From assembly GCF_009834535.1 (NCBI RefSeq), contig NC_045697.1, positions 73,534,001 through 73,598,000 on the forward strand: a stretch of 64,000 bases of DNA, given 5' to 3'. Below, piece by piece: positions 49,801 through 62,929 of this stretch (the first letter of the stretch is position 1; each line of letters opens with the position of its first letter). This stretch comes from Camelus ferus. Taxonomy: Eukaryota. The position numbers and the translations under genes were made by a program. The notes beneath the pieces are model-generated. The model saw only the letters and a program-made list of their open reading frames with translations. It searched no databases and was not told the DNA's origin.

Positions 49801-51569
49801 AACTCAACCCATAAACGCAGGTAGTTAAGAGTTACAACTCATTTGAAATTCCATCTCAGAGATGTTACTCTACAGACTGATGGCGGGGGAAACCTTTAGT
49901 TCCTTTAGGGGCCCCAGCAATTAATGCTGCAGCTCTGGGGTCACAGGCATTGATTGGGGTCGGGATGGAGAGCTAAGTAGCACATCCCATACACCCAGAC
50001 CTCAAAGATTTCTAAAAAGATCTCCCCTGACCTAGCCTACATCTGATGTTCAGGGTCCACCACTTTTCTGCTGTTTCTGTATTATTAAGACACAAGGCCT
50101 GGACTGTCCTCCTACTTGCAGGACAGTCTCACATAGAGCATCTCCCTTTCTCTCCTCTGCCCCACCTGTTCCTCTGCCACTTTCAATTCCACTTCCCTCC
50201 CAGCCAACTTCTTCTCATTGCATTCCTCTGAGAAAACTTTCCTTCCCCCCACCCCACCCCACCAAGTGTTTCTGCAAACTGAGTCACTATACTACAGCTA
50301 ATAATGATGCAATTAGGAAAATGCTCCCTAAGAATAAACTGTGACTCTAAATTTAACAAAACCATACATCAAATCAGTCAAAAATATTTGTAAAGATCAT
50401 AGTGATAAACACACAGGTAACAATTAATAAATGATAACTATTCACATTTCATTATTTAAAAATAATTTGATACCATATTAAAAATAAATGATGAAAACAA
50501 ACTTAAAACGTGAATGCCAAGTGATGGGTACTGATATTTAATGTTTGGCATAAGGATTTCATACCTAACGACAGTTTAACTGGACAAAAAAAATCCAGAC
50601 AGAAAAATCACTCAGCTTCTATCAGTGTTTTATGATGAAAACAATATTAGAAAGAGAGTCAGATGATTTTGTGCACCTTTACGTAAAGAACTTAGAAATT
50701 CTGAGCCTAGTTTGTTCATGAGTAAAATGAGAAACCAGACTTGTTTATTTCAAAGGTCCTATCCATCTCCAAAAATGTCTGATATGACAAAAATTACTTC
50801 AAAGAGTCACCATCCAGCTTACGACCAAGAACATTACTAACACTGAATCTCTGCCACGTGCCCTCAGAGACCACATTCTCCTCCCTCCCACACAGAGGAT
50901 CCTCAATTCTAAACCTTTTCATGAGTGAATCTATGCACTTGTAAGCAATATATTGTTTACTTTTGTGTTTTGAACTTTCTAAAATTATATCATGCTGTGT
51001 GCAATTTCTAGGTTTTTCCTTTTTACTCATGCTTATGAGACTGATACATTTGGACGTGTACTAACAATGGGATTTTAACATCTATGTTCATGAATGAGAT
51101 AGCTCTATATTATTCTATACTTGCTTTGCCTGTTTGGGTACTGAAGCTTGTACTACATATATAAGTATTATATAATATATATATTTTATACAATAGATAT
51201 TTATAATTTCACATGTGCTTATATAAAATGAGGTAGGAAGTGTTTGCCATTTTCTAGAAGATTTTCTGTTTACTGGGAATGATCATATCCCTAAATGTTT
51301 GGCAGAAGTCACATAAAAATTAGCTGGACTTGATATTTCCTTGGTAGGAAGACTTTAAAATACTGATTTAATTTCTAGACTAGTTAGGGTTATTTGATAT
51401 TCTTGTTTTTCCAAGTCATTTTTGGTATGTTATATTTTTCTAATAATTTTATCCATTCTACCTAAGTTCTCCTATTCATTATTCAGACTGTTCATCTTAT
51501 TTCCTTATCATTTTAGCTATTCACTGTAACTACAAGTATGTTTCTTTTTGCGTTACTACTTGATGATTT

Positions 51570-51607
51570 TTGGAAGGCAGCGATGCTCACCACTATACCA
51601 CCAACGC
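51570..51607 (-). pseudogene. Tailless retropseudogene of the tRNA-Gly(TCC) 5' half
   Basis: The minus strand reads GCGTTGGTGGTATAGTGGTGAGCATCGCTGCCTTCCAA, 37/38 identical to the mammalian tRNA-Gly-TCC 5' end as I recall it. 17-bp TSD with 1 mismatch (51555-51571, 51611-51627). Confidence 0.9.
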
Positions 51608-51896
51608 TGCACTACTTGATGTTTTTTTGATCCATTTTGCCAATGGTTACATATTTTACTAAATTTTTCAACAATTTATTTTAAGCACATGTATTCCATT
51701 TTTAAATTTATGTCATATTAATCTATGCTGTTATCTTTATTATTTCTATTTTCTCTGGGTTTATTCTATTGACATTTTTTTTGAACTTATGGTGAAAAAA
51801 AGCTCATTAATAAGCTTTTATTCCAAGTACTTACTGCCATACATTTCCCTCAAAATAGTGGTTAACTCTATTCCAGAAGTGCCGGTGTGTATGTTT

Positions 51897-52366
51897 TGTA
51901 TCGTGGTGGCCATGGAGGTACACTGCTCATATGTTTTTCAAAAGCCTGTGCTATGAAAACACAGTTGACTGAGACAGCTGCAGCCGCCACACCTTCTGGG
52001 CCACTGAGCATTCACCAAGGCCAGACTTTCCCAAACTGCTCATAGCCAGTGACCCAGCACAGCAAGGGTACCAGAATGGGGTCTTGTTTGTGGGATATGG
52101 GACTCCTCCAATGGGCAGCCTTATCTTGGGACTCCCATCAGCTTGGCTGAGGCTTTCTCAGAACTGTGCAACTGTCTAAAGTTCTTCCTCCCCAGTCTTC
52201 CTTCCTCTTTTCACAGACATCAGCCCTGCATCACAGACTGAAGCCTCCTGGGGCGCACTCCTACCTCTTCCCTCTTTATCCATCAAAAGCATCCCCCCCC
52301 CCCAATCTCTCTTATACATCTAATTCTGTACTGGTATCTGCTTCTCAGAGGATTCAAATTGACACA
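51897..52366 (+). mobile_element. LTR40-like ERVL solo LTR
   Basis: 'ggtggccatggagg..tgggactcctc.aatgggca.c.tt..ggactcccatcagcttggctgag.ctttctcagaactg..tctgcttctcagagga..tgacaca'. Confidence 0.8.
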
Positions 52367-54157
52367 AATATTTTTATTATCTATTCTAAATGTTTCCAAA
52401 TTTCTAGTAAGATTCCCTCCTTGGCTCCCTCACTATTTATGATCCCCCCCCCCCCACAGCTTTTATCTCCTGACTTACTATCTTATGACCATACAATGTA
52501 TCCCTTGAAATCTGTAGGATTTTTTTTTATGGGGTACTTGAAGAAGAATGGGCATTGTATAGTTACTGAGTGCAGAGTTCTTCATACGTTCACTAAAACT
52601 GTTTATTGATTGTGTTATTCAAATTAAATGGTATCAATATAATGTGAGAGATGTGTAAATCCCCCATTCTAATAGTGGATTTGTTCATTTCTCCTTTTAG
52701 TTCTGCTAAGTTCTACCTTAAAGTCCAAAATTATTATTCTTATCTATCTTCTTTAGGCTAGTTTTGCCTTCTTTTCCCTCATTTTTCACAGTAAAATATT
52801 TGCTTACCTTTATGTTTTAGGTGTGTCCCTGAAAAATAGCTGGAAATATTAGTATTTTAGCTAGTGAGCTCAACAGTTTGTTCACTTACATTGATTGTGA
52901 TTGCTGATACTTTTTTTCTACTTTCTTGTTTTGTATTTTCATCTGTCCTACTTTTTAATGCTACCTTTTTCTTATTTCCTCTTTCTTTTGTATTGATTAC
53001 ATTGATTTTTTAAAAATTTCATTACACCATTTGGCTCTATATAGGAGTAATATGTTGTTGGTGGTTACCTTTGAAAATTCACCTTATATTTTAACATTTA
53101 AAACATCCCTTTGTTATTCCTCCTGCCAAACAACATGAAGATCTTGGGATAATTCAGTTTTAATACTTTAACACTGCTTGCCTTCATTGAAAATTACTTT
53201 ATATTACTGTTTAGTATTTTAGTTCTCTCTTGCTTTGTATTTAATCTTAACCTCATACATTGAACATGATCACTACTTTTTTATACAATGTGTGTCTGTA
53301 TCTGTTGACATGCTCACTAATATCTTTGTTCACTATTATTTATCCCACTTCAGATCTTCTAAGGTCATTTTTCTTTTTTATTATATGCATCAAAGAGAAG
53401 TTTTTTTTTTTTTAACTTACCTTGATGAGAGTAAGTTTGTAATGAAGTCTCTCTCTCATTAATAGAAAATATATTTCTATTGTCCATAAAATCTAAGTAT
53501 CTTTTCTAGATTTAAATTTATTGAGGGGGGAAATTCTTGGGGATTTAAAGAATGTTCCTGTGAGTAATCAACGCATTTAAAAGTATGTTCATTTGAAATC
53601 TAAGCTGATTTGCACTGAAAGGCTTTTAGAATAATCTAGTCTGCTATAAGGAAGGCAGCAGTCTATTTCTATTATTTTACCTATAAACATAGTTAAGCTT
53701 TCCCAATATGCAATATATAAATTGATGGATGTACCATCACTCATTGCACAGATTCTAAGGTCTCAAGTGACCTACAGAACATGAGGTCCTGAAGAAAGAG
53801 AAGGATCTTCCCAACTCAGATAAGAGTTGGTAGGGATGCCTCAATGCATGCAGTTTTGTTTGTTCGTTTGTTTGTTTGTTTAAAATACTGACATATATTT
53901 TATAGGCCACATGGGTCAATTAAGTAGTTTTATGGATTGTTCCATTGTTACCTAGTTCTAATGAAACAAACCTCATATAAAGCATAAGAACCTTAGAAAA
54001 ATTCCTGCAGGAAAATCGCAGATTGAAAGTTACACTAAATTGAAACATAGCAAACAAACTGCAGTAGTGAGCTGAGTTCTCCCACATCCAGCATGAGGGC
54101 TTTGAAGAAAGGTTTATTTTTAGAGACATCAGGGAAGATGTTTCTAAAGAAGTGACA

Positions 54158-54303
54158 TTTATTTTATTTTTAAAATTTGTTTTGTTTTGCTGGTCTTTCT
54201 TTTGGGGGAAGTAATTAGGGTTATTTATTTAGGAGGTACTGGGGTTTGAACTCAGGACCTCATGCATGCTAAGCATGTGCTCTACCACTGAGCTATACCG
54301 CCC
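54158..54303 (-). mobile_element. Camelid tRNA-Ala-derived SINE (vic-1 type)
   Basis: Reverse complement of the SINEs at 11776 and 29013 (gggggaagtaattagg..gaggtactgggg.ttgaac.caggacctcatgcatgctaagca..gagctatacc); no TSD evident. Confidence 0.9.
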
Positions 54304-54479
54304 TGTTCAGTGTGAGTGCTTTGTTGGCCACTGTACAAGGCATAAATAATGACAATCTAGTTAGATGTGACAAGACGTCAGCCAAGAATCTTAAAATTAT
54401 CCAGAGGCTGATTTTATATAAAGAGTAACAAATATCATTGTTAAATATGAAACCAGTCTAATTGATTATTGTGGCTTTA

Positions 54480-54692
54480 AACCATAAACTAATAATAGAT
54501 GAGGGTACCATACTTAGCAAAATATTTTTTAAAATAAGATTGATTCATCTTTATTTTACCCTTTTAAATTCATATTGCATTTACTTTATACAATTTTACA
54601 TCTATAAATAAATTAATATGCTTTTATTAGGGATGAGTGTTCAGATATTTTTCTTAATAAGGACATGTAATTTTAAAAATCGGGAGTACCAG
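54480..54692. mobile_element. Possible MER113-like hAT fragment
   Basis: AT-rich stretch ending 'gagtgttcaga.atttttc..aaaaat.gggag.accag'. Confidence 0.4.
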
Positions 54693-54899
54693 TTTACTAC
54701 TAAATAAGTGACTTGAGGGCTTGAGCTATTTAGGATTTATCTTTATTTCCTCCATAGAGGCTAAACTTGAGCTTTGTATGTAGTAGAAAACAAATAACTA
54801 TTTGTAGAATTAATATTCTGTTCCTCTTGCATATTTTAAAAGCTACTCTTTTCCATTAAGTCTATTTTTATACATGGTGGGGATTTTGAGAAGTATTCC

Positions 54900-55330
54900 C
54901 TCTTGGATCATCTAATCTATTCCCAGGATGTTGGTAGAATTGATTTTTATTATTCCTAACTTACCCTGATGGATGAGTGGCAAGTGCTACTTTGAATGTT
55001 ATTAGTAAAGGTGAATTCATTATTTCCCTTGACAATCTGCACCGTCGCTTAATTGTTCTCATGGTTAAAAAGTTTTCTTATATTTAACTTAAATTTCCCA
55101 GGTGCAGTTTAAGCTCATTACTTCCTGTTCTGCTCTCACTGACTAATGAGAATTGGTCCCTGTCCTCCTGGTAATATCCCTTAACATATTTTCAGAAGCC
55201 ATCATGTCTCCCCTTAGCCTTCTTTTCTCCAGATTGGGAAATTCCCAGCTCTACTAACCTTTATCACACATAGTATCCTACCTGCATTTCTCATATTTTG
55301 TGGTTTTCTTCTAAAGTATATTAATTTGTC
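54900..55330 (-). mobile_element. CR1/L3 LINE 3' ORF2 fragment
   Basis: The minus strand of 55203-55232 translates to LEKRRLRGDM, the CR1 RT C-terminal motif. Confidence 0.82.
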
Positions 55331-56337
55331 CATAAAGAGAAAAAATGCATTCATAATTTCCTGAAAATGAGAAAAAATAAATAGTACCATGTATAACTTA
55401 CCTCATTTGATAGAAAGTAAGCATGAAATTCTACTCGGGAAATAGGTTTGCTTAACGTTCATTCTCATTCACAATTTCATAAAAGACTATGTAAGATTAT
55501 CTTTCTGTTTCTGCCTTGATTAGAGAAAGATTTCAAGCATCTGAAATTTTATGCAGACTTGTATATATGCACCCATATGCATAAGGTTACATGTGCAAAG
55601 TGCATTTTTCTGGTAAACACATTCATTGCTTTCATAATGGAGCTCTGCCTCCTTCAAAAAGGCAAAATCGAACTAGATTCCAGTCCTGAGACAAACATAA
55701 AGTGAAAAGAAAACTAACTTATCTGTTTAATTTTTCTATTAGTCAATTTTCCTTTCTGAAGATGAAGTAATCTTATAACAATATACTTTAAGTAAATAAA
55801 GTAATATCTCTGTCTGAGGGTTTTAAAAGAAATTTGAAATCACCATTCACCCACAAACCATAACTTGTTCTTAGCATTATTTTCAGTGTATTTTTATCCC
55901 TCTGCACATCCTCACTGGGGCACTGATTCAGAGCATCCTCTTTCTGTCAGTTACAATGTTGGCAGCTACATAACCAGCTGTTCTTAGCCACTCCCAAGTG
56001 TGTAATATACAGCCCTCACACTTGTGAGTGATCCTTGTAATGAGGCACAAATTCTCCATAAACATTACTCCCAAGTAAGCAAGCAAAGAAGAATTGTACT
56101 TCCATGTATGCTCTTAACACTCTTCCCTCTACAGGAATGGACCACAAGGCTCTCCATCCATCTTACAACGTCCCCCATGCATCAGCCTTCGATAACAGAA
56201 AGCCCATCAGCAACATCCAATAGGGAGATAATTCCAGTAAGAAGGCAGTTGTCCGCAGCGCAGAGACTGAGCTCACAGGGTCTCATATCCATGATATGTT
56301 TACATCACCTATGTTTGCAGAAGGAAGTGAAGACCTT

Positions 56338-56856
56338 TGTATCAGACATCTATTTTCCTTCTCTTCGGATCCTCTTGGCATCCTGTTCCAGCTCTCCATG
56401 TGCTCTGACCAAATTCACACAGATGCAACCAGATGATGCCCCATCTTCCACCCCTCCCACGTATGCATCTCTGTCTTCCCATCCCAGGGTTGCCTTGCAG
56501 GTGGTACCACAGGACTCTGTTCAGTTCCCATACCCTGAATGCACAACTTGCAAGTATGGAGGAGTTATTATGTCATGGGGTAAATTTTACCAATGGCTTA
56601 CAAGAGCTAGTGGATAAATTATTTCTCCTTTCTCCCTTCCCTCTCCAGGGATGGATCAGAGATGCAATTTATAGGCCTCTCCAGGGTGTGGTACTAGAGT
56701 CCGTTCAATACCAGAGTCCCATCTAGGCTCTATTTCCTTCTCTAAATTATTCCTTTTGTTCCTCACTCCTCCACCCTGGAATTGTCCTCCTTATAAGTTA
56801 ACTGCACATTAGCCCTTTGCTTTGGCTCTGCTTTCTGGGGGAATCAAGCTAAGACA
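56338..56856 (+). mobile_element. LTR16-like ERVL solo LTR
   Basis: 'ggagtta..catggggtaaa..accaatgg..gtggataaat' and terminus 'ggctctgctttctgggggaa.caagctaagaca'. Confidence 0.75.
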
Positions 56857-59513
56857 CTCTCTTAGCTATTTTGACCAGTGATACCTGATAGAAGAGCCCA
56901 GGTGTTTCCTATAATCTCCTCATGTAACTGGTATGCAATATAAACCTCTCTTTCAAATCAGAGACAGGGCATCCCCATCCTGACTAGTAAAGACAACATA
57001 CTGAACATGGTGAAAATATCTATTGACAATTCCACACATATTACTGAGCTTCTAGAATGTCTCACATCGTGTGCTGTAATATGGTTTTCTGTCCACAGCT
57101 GAGGGTTGAGAAATGTCCATATTATAATATGAACTATTAGCTGACTAATCTTCAGGACTTCTTCCTCCAAATTCTGTCACTATAATCTTTCTAAACAGCA
57201 GGTGGAATGAGTTTTACTGATCTGACAGAAGAGAACCAAGAAAAATAAAAATGTAATTGAATGTCAACTCTGAACCCCAATAATCTTGTTAAGTCTTGGA
57301 AAGTCTTCAGACCCCAAGTGACAGTAAAAAGAGAATTAATGCAAACAAAGGAATTCTGATGAAAACAAATCCATTAAAAACAAAACCAGAGAACACAAGC
57401 ATAACCAGAGTTCCTCGAAGAGGAGGGACATAAAGAAGGAAAATCAATTGTCTTTACAAAGAAATGAAAAAATAGAAGTGACGACTAACTCTATTTTTCT
57501 GATTCCTTATAGTGTTGATAAAAAGAGAAAAGTGTTAGGACAAAGGTATTAGACAATTACAGCTGTTTCTAAGTGCTTTTAATGACAATTATGAATGTAC
57601 TGAGTATAGTAAGGAGAAACTGCTTTGACTTATTTATAGTTTTGGATCCAGTGTATAGAAAGCATGTATAAGAGGTGAGAATGGTGATCACTGTGTAAAT
57701 GTGCGTAACTGAAGCTTTCAAGGAATAAGCAAGGTTGTCTCCCAGGAAACCAGATTACACGGGTGGTTGTCAAGAGGATTTGCAAGAGCAGCGAGGTGAG
57801 GTTGAGGGCAAGGAGTATGTACTAGAGAAACAAGAAGATTGATGGTATCTAGTTTGGAATCTAAAAAGAACAGAAGATATGAAATGGTGGCTTGGAAGGT
57901 AGGGGCACATGAGAAGGACAACCAGAGGGGAGAGAGAACAGAGGTCTGAAGTGCGGTTCTTCTCAAAACTTTTTTTATGCTGCATTCTCCATATGCTTAA
58001 TACAGGGATTAAGCTACCTGAGAGTTGATGCTAGGAAAAAAATGTGCTTATAGAAAAGACCCTGATGTGGGTCCTTGAAAATACTGTGCATGATCATGGG
58101 AGATCCTCTTTCATGTAAGTTACCTTTCAGACATTATGAAACCACTTTAAGGAAAAGTAAGAAAGCGTTGTTAACAAAGGTAGGAAAAAAGATGCTGCTT
58201 CTTCGACTGCTAGGACACCTAGATAGGGTGACCAGGCACCCCGAGTACAAAAATGAAGAGAGGAAGAATGAAAAAGAGAGGGAGAGTGACTCCTGGGGAG
58301 GGAAAGTTCCCAGGAGACAGCATCAGGAGGTGTGCCCATTTACATAGACTGACGTGGAGCATTACAACAAAGGTGCAGGTTCTAAAACTGACATTGAAGG
58401 CTCTGTGTGGCCAGCTAACATACACAGAAACTTAATCAATGGCCCTACAGAAATTCCCAGGTCATACCAGTAACTGTGCCCACAGCCTCCTGAGCAAAAT
58501 CCCTGTTTTCTTCTTCATCTCTGATCACATAGGAGACAAATTGTTTTCACACATGTTCATTCGGTTCATTAAAATTGAACTTCTAATCTGAAGAACACTG
58601 ACAAGCCTAGTCTTAGGTCACATTTTTTAAAGTGTGTGTTTTTAAATGTATGTTTGTTTTAATGCAAATTCTGAATATTCCACATGAAGAAGTCACATCT
58701 ATTGGAGTCAGGGTCCATATCCAACCATCTGGGAAAACGCACGTATGCACTACTGAGATAAAATGGGGAAAAGACAGCTCTGACACTTTAGTCTAACATT
58801 GTTACTTAAATTTCTCATTTTAGACTTGTGAGAGTTTTGTAAAATCAACTTTATTTAGGTATAGTTTAAATACAATAATGTGAACCAACTGTAAGCGTAC
58901 ACGTTGGTAAATTCTGACAAGTATATACACTAAAATAACCCCCAAAACGATATATTTTTATTGCCTCAAAACATTTCCCCAGTACTCTTTGCAGTCATGT
59001 CCCTGTCCCCACCTGGGTACAATCATTGATTTGCTTTCTGTTACAAAAGTCTATGTTTGTTTGTTTCATAAAATGAAATCATAAAGTATGTATTATTTTG
59101 GATTGGCTTCGTGACTCAGCATAATGTTTTTGAGCCTTATCCATGGCATTGAGTATACTAGCATTTCATTCCTTTCTTATTGCTAAATAGTGTAAATAGT
59201 TGCAGTATAATACATACTAATAGTATAAAAGAATATTCCATTATATGGATTTAACACAACTGACCAATGACCCGCTGATATTCATGTGGGTTCTGTCTAG
59301 TTTGGGGCTGCAATAGAAAAAGCTGCTAAGAACATTAGTGTTTAGTTCTTTGTATGGACCTAAATTTTCATTTCTCTTTGGTGAATTTCTACCATTTGTC
59401 AAAGCAGCTGTAAAATACTAGTCACACACAAGCAATGTGTGCATCACATCCTCAGCAAACCTTGACAGGTCGGTCTTGTTAATTTCAGCTGTGAAAAGAT
59501 TGTGGTAACTTGG

Positions 59514-60420
59514 TTTTTTTTTTTTTAACATTTTTTATTGATTTATAATCATTTTACAATGTTGTGTCAAATTCCAGTGTAGAGCACAATTTTTCAGTTA
59601 TACATGAACCTATATATATATTCATTGCCACATTTTTTTCCTCTGTGAGCTACCATAAGATCTTGTATATATTTCCCTGTGCTATACAGTATAATCTTGT
59701 TTATCTATTCTACAATTTTGAAATCCCATCTATCCCTTCCCACCCTCCGCCCCCTTGGCAACCACAAGTTTGTATTCTATGTCTATGAGTCTGTTTCTGT
59801 TTTGTATTTATGCTTTGTTTGTTTTTGTTTTTGTTTTTTTTTTTTAGATTCCACATATGAGCGATCTCATATTGTATTTTTCTTTCTCTTTCTGGCTTAC
59901 GTCACTTAGAATGACATTCTCCAGGAGCATCCATGTTGCTGCAAATGGCATTACGTTGTCAGTCTTTATGGCTGAGTAGTATTCCATTGTATAAATATAC
60001 CACCTCTTCTTTATCCAGTCATCCATTGACGGACATTTAGGCTGTCTCCATGTCTTGGCTATTGTAAATAGTGCTGCTATGAACATTGGGCTGCAGGTGT
60101 CATCCTGAAGTAGGGTTCCTTCTGGATATATGCCCAGGATCAGGATTCCTGGGTCATACGGTAAGTCTATTCCTAGTCTTTTGAGGAATCTCCATACTGT
60201 TTCCTACAGTGGCTGCACCAAACTGCATTCCCACCAGCAGCGCAGGAGGGTTCCCCTTTCTCCACAGCCTCTCCAGCATTTGTCATTTGTGGATTTTTGA
60301 ATGATGGCCATTCTGACTGGTTTGAGGTGATACCTCATTGTAGTTTTGATTTGCATTTCTCTGATAATTAGTGATATTGAGCATTTTTTCATGTGCCTAT
60401 TGATCATTTGTATGTCTTCC
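59514..60420 (-). mobile_element. Young camelid-type L1 (ORF2 C-terminus plus 3'UTR)
   Basis: ORFs 60204-60407 ([40 protein letters not shown]) and 59844-60086 (MFIAALFTIAKTWRQPKCP) are the L1 ORF2 Cys-rich C-terminus; poly-T at 59514. Confidence 0.95.
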
Positions 60421-60499
60421 TAATTTATTAATTTTTCTTTCTGATTCACTCCTTGTTTCACCTAAGAAATCTTTGCATTTCTCCAAGGTCAATACCACA

Positions 60500-60840
60500 C
60501 CTAATCAAGTTCAGATGAGGTCATTAGGGAGGGCCCTAACTCAATATGATTACTGTTCTTATAAGAGGGACATTTGACTGAGACACATGGAGAGAATACC
60601 ATGTGACAACAGAGGCAGAAATTGAAGTACTGCAGCTGAAAGCCAAGGGATGCCTGAAGCTACCAGAAGCTGGAAGAGTCAGGTAAGGATCCTTCCCTAT
60701 ATATTTTTGAGAGACCATGGCCCTGTCATAATTCTGATTTTAGATTTCTAGTCTCCATAACTCTGACAGAATACATTTCTACTGTTTGAAACTAACAAGT
60801 TTGTGGTACTTTGTTAGCACAGGTTTAGGAAATTAATACA
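60500..60840 (+). mobile_element. MaLR LTR, MLT1C-like, 5'-truncated
   Basis: 'gatgaggtcat..ggccctaa..cttataagagg..ccatgtga..agaggcaga..accagaagctggaagag..tttgtggtactttgtta..taggaaa.taataca'. Confidence 0.85.
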
Positions 60841-62247
60841 ATGTCTCTGTGTGATTTTGGAGCCAGAGTAATTCTTGCCTCAATAAAATGATGAGGGAAG
60901 TGTACCCTTTTGTATAGAAATACCATCAATTCTTCATAAAGTCTTCCAGATGCGACAACTGCTAGTAAAGCCATCTGGGTCTGGAGGATGTTGGTGTGGG
61001 AAGACAATTACAAATTTTTCTTTAAGTGATAGAGAACTATTTGGAATTTCAATTTCATCTTGAGTCAGTTTTGATAGTTTGTGTCTTTCATGGAATTTGT
61101 CTGCTTTGTCTAGGTTTTCAAATTTATTGTCATAACATTATTTGTAATATTTTCTTATTATACTTTTAATATCTGTAGAATATTTGGGATGCTTATAAAA
61201 CACAGAGTGGTGTAGCAAGGACTGTGCTTACTTTTTGGTGAAAGACGATGCACAATAAAGCAAATTGTCTGGTTTGTTTTTTTTTTTCAGTAGATATCAC
61301 TGTACCCTAACCACTGGACCCTTTAAATTTTCACCAAAGAAGCAGGTCTCTGAAATAACACAGAATTTCTTTGCCAATCTCTGGTGCACATGTATCTTTC
61401 CAAGGTTTCCAGTTCACTAGCCAAATCTTATTCATCCTATCTCATTGACATGATGCCATAAATTTAATGGATCTGTATGAAGACTGGTGGGGAACAAACA
61501 GTTCAGATTTCATCAAACTATAATATAATATACAGAAGAGTGTTAAAACAGCCTAAAGGCAAAACTGTAAATGAAAACTGGTGGGTACCCTACATTAATG
61601 CAAACTGTTTTAGATCCACTTTTTAACTTAGAATGAAAATTAACAAATTTGCCAAATGAGTGGCTACATAACATGTATCCAGAGCCCTACTAATCTCCTC
61701 CAGCAAAACAAAACATGTAGAAGACCAGATGTTATAGGGGCCACTGGTTGAGATTGGTCTAAACTATAGTCGTTTGACAGGATAATCCAGTTTCTGCAGG
61801 GACAAGAATAGAAAATTTAACAGATATGATAGAGACCCCTACTCCTGGTCTTTGGGTCTTTAATGGTCTCACTAATCTCTACCATCCTCTTAAAATGTTG
61901 TATTATTTTTTTATTTACAATCTTAACTGGGTAATTGGGAGAGGAACAACAGACATTTCAGAAGTTCCTGCTTGGCATTTCCCACTAAGATAGTCTGCAG
62001 ACAATGTGAGGGTTGCTCTAACTGCTAAGTACATCAATTTTCCATTGACTGACAGAGAAAATGACTACTGGATGAATCTGGGGATCCAAGGTGCCTACCA
62101 TGAGCCAATTTTACACAAGACTCCATTTATTATCTGGACTCTGAAACTTCTATTCTTAGAGCAAAATAATAATGATTCTCTGAGTTTCCAGATCAATATC
62201 AACTCAGACCTTGTGTCCAAAGGTCCTCAAAAGCCTGGGTCTTCCCT

Positions 62248-62871
62248 TGTGGTCAGCAGAACGGACCTACAAAGATACCCATACCCTAATCCTTAGAACC
62301 TGTGAGTAGATTTTATTACATGACCAAAGGGACTTTGCAGATGTAATTAAGGTTACAGACTTTAGGTTAAGAAGATTAGCCTGGTTTATCCAGGTGGGCT
62401 CAGTCTAATCATATGAGCCCTTAAAAGCAGAGAACTTTCTCCAGCTGGAGTCAAAGAGAACATAAGAAGCAAGGAAGATTAAGTGTGAGAAGAATGCGGT
62501 GCATTGTTACTGGTTCGAGGATGGGGGGGGCCAACAGGATGACGAAGGAATGTTGCCTGAAAGAGCTGAGAGAGTCTCCTGTCGGACAGCCATCAAGAAA
62601 ATAGGAACCTCGGCATTACGACCATAAGGAAATGAATGCCACTGACATCCTAGTGACCGTGGAAACATACTCTTTCGCAGAAAGAAACCTCCATCAAGGA
62701 ATGCAATACTACCAACCCCTTGATTCTGGTTTGCTGAGACCTTACACTGAGTCAGCTGAGCCACACTGTATTGAACTTCTGACCTACAGAACTGTGAAAT
62801 AATAGATTAGTGTCATTTTAAACTGCTAAATTTGACGTGGTATGTTATGGTAGCAAAAGAAAACTAATCCA
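62248..62871 (+). mobile_element. MaLR solo LTR, MLT1E-like
   Basis: 'tgtggtcagcagaa..aaagggactttgcagatgtaattaaggtta..gagcccttaaaagcagagaa..acttctgacctacagaactgtga..agaaaactaat'. Confidence 0.88.
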
Positions 62872-62929
62872 TTCCTGTTCCCTAACATGCAGTCACCCAG
62901 AGGTCCCTTTGGGAAAGAATGTGGGAATA

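Larger units (their letters stand above)
50795..53490 (-). mobile_element. Old fragmented L1 (L1M-type) hosting the tRNA retrocopy and an LTR40
   Basis: T-rich antisense L1 text ('acatctatgttcatgaatgagat', 'tagtggatttgttcatttctcctttTagttctg'). Confidence 0.75.
58840..61190 (-). mobile_element. Old L1 (L1MB-like) in pieces around a younger L1 and an MLT1C
   Basis: 'aactttattt.ggtatagttta.atacaataa..ctcagcataatgtttttgag..ccagtttggggct-like', then 'gcctcaataaaatga..tagtaaagccatctggg..gagtcagttttg.tagtttgtgtctttc'. Confidence 0.8.

Noticed and set aside
56024..56617. 197-aa ORF, the longest in the window
   Set aside because: GTG start, runs into an LTR16-like element, and shows no recognisable protein motif or exon structure.
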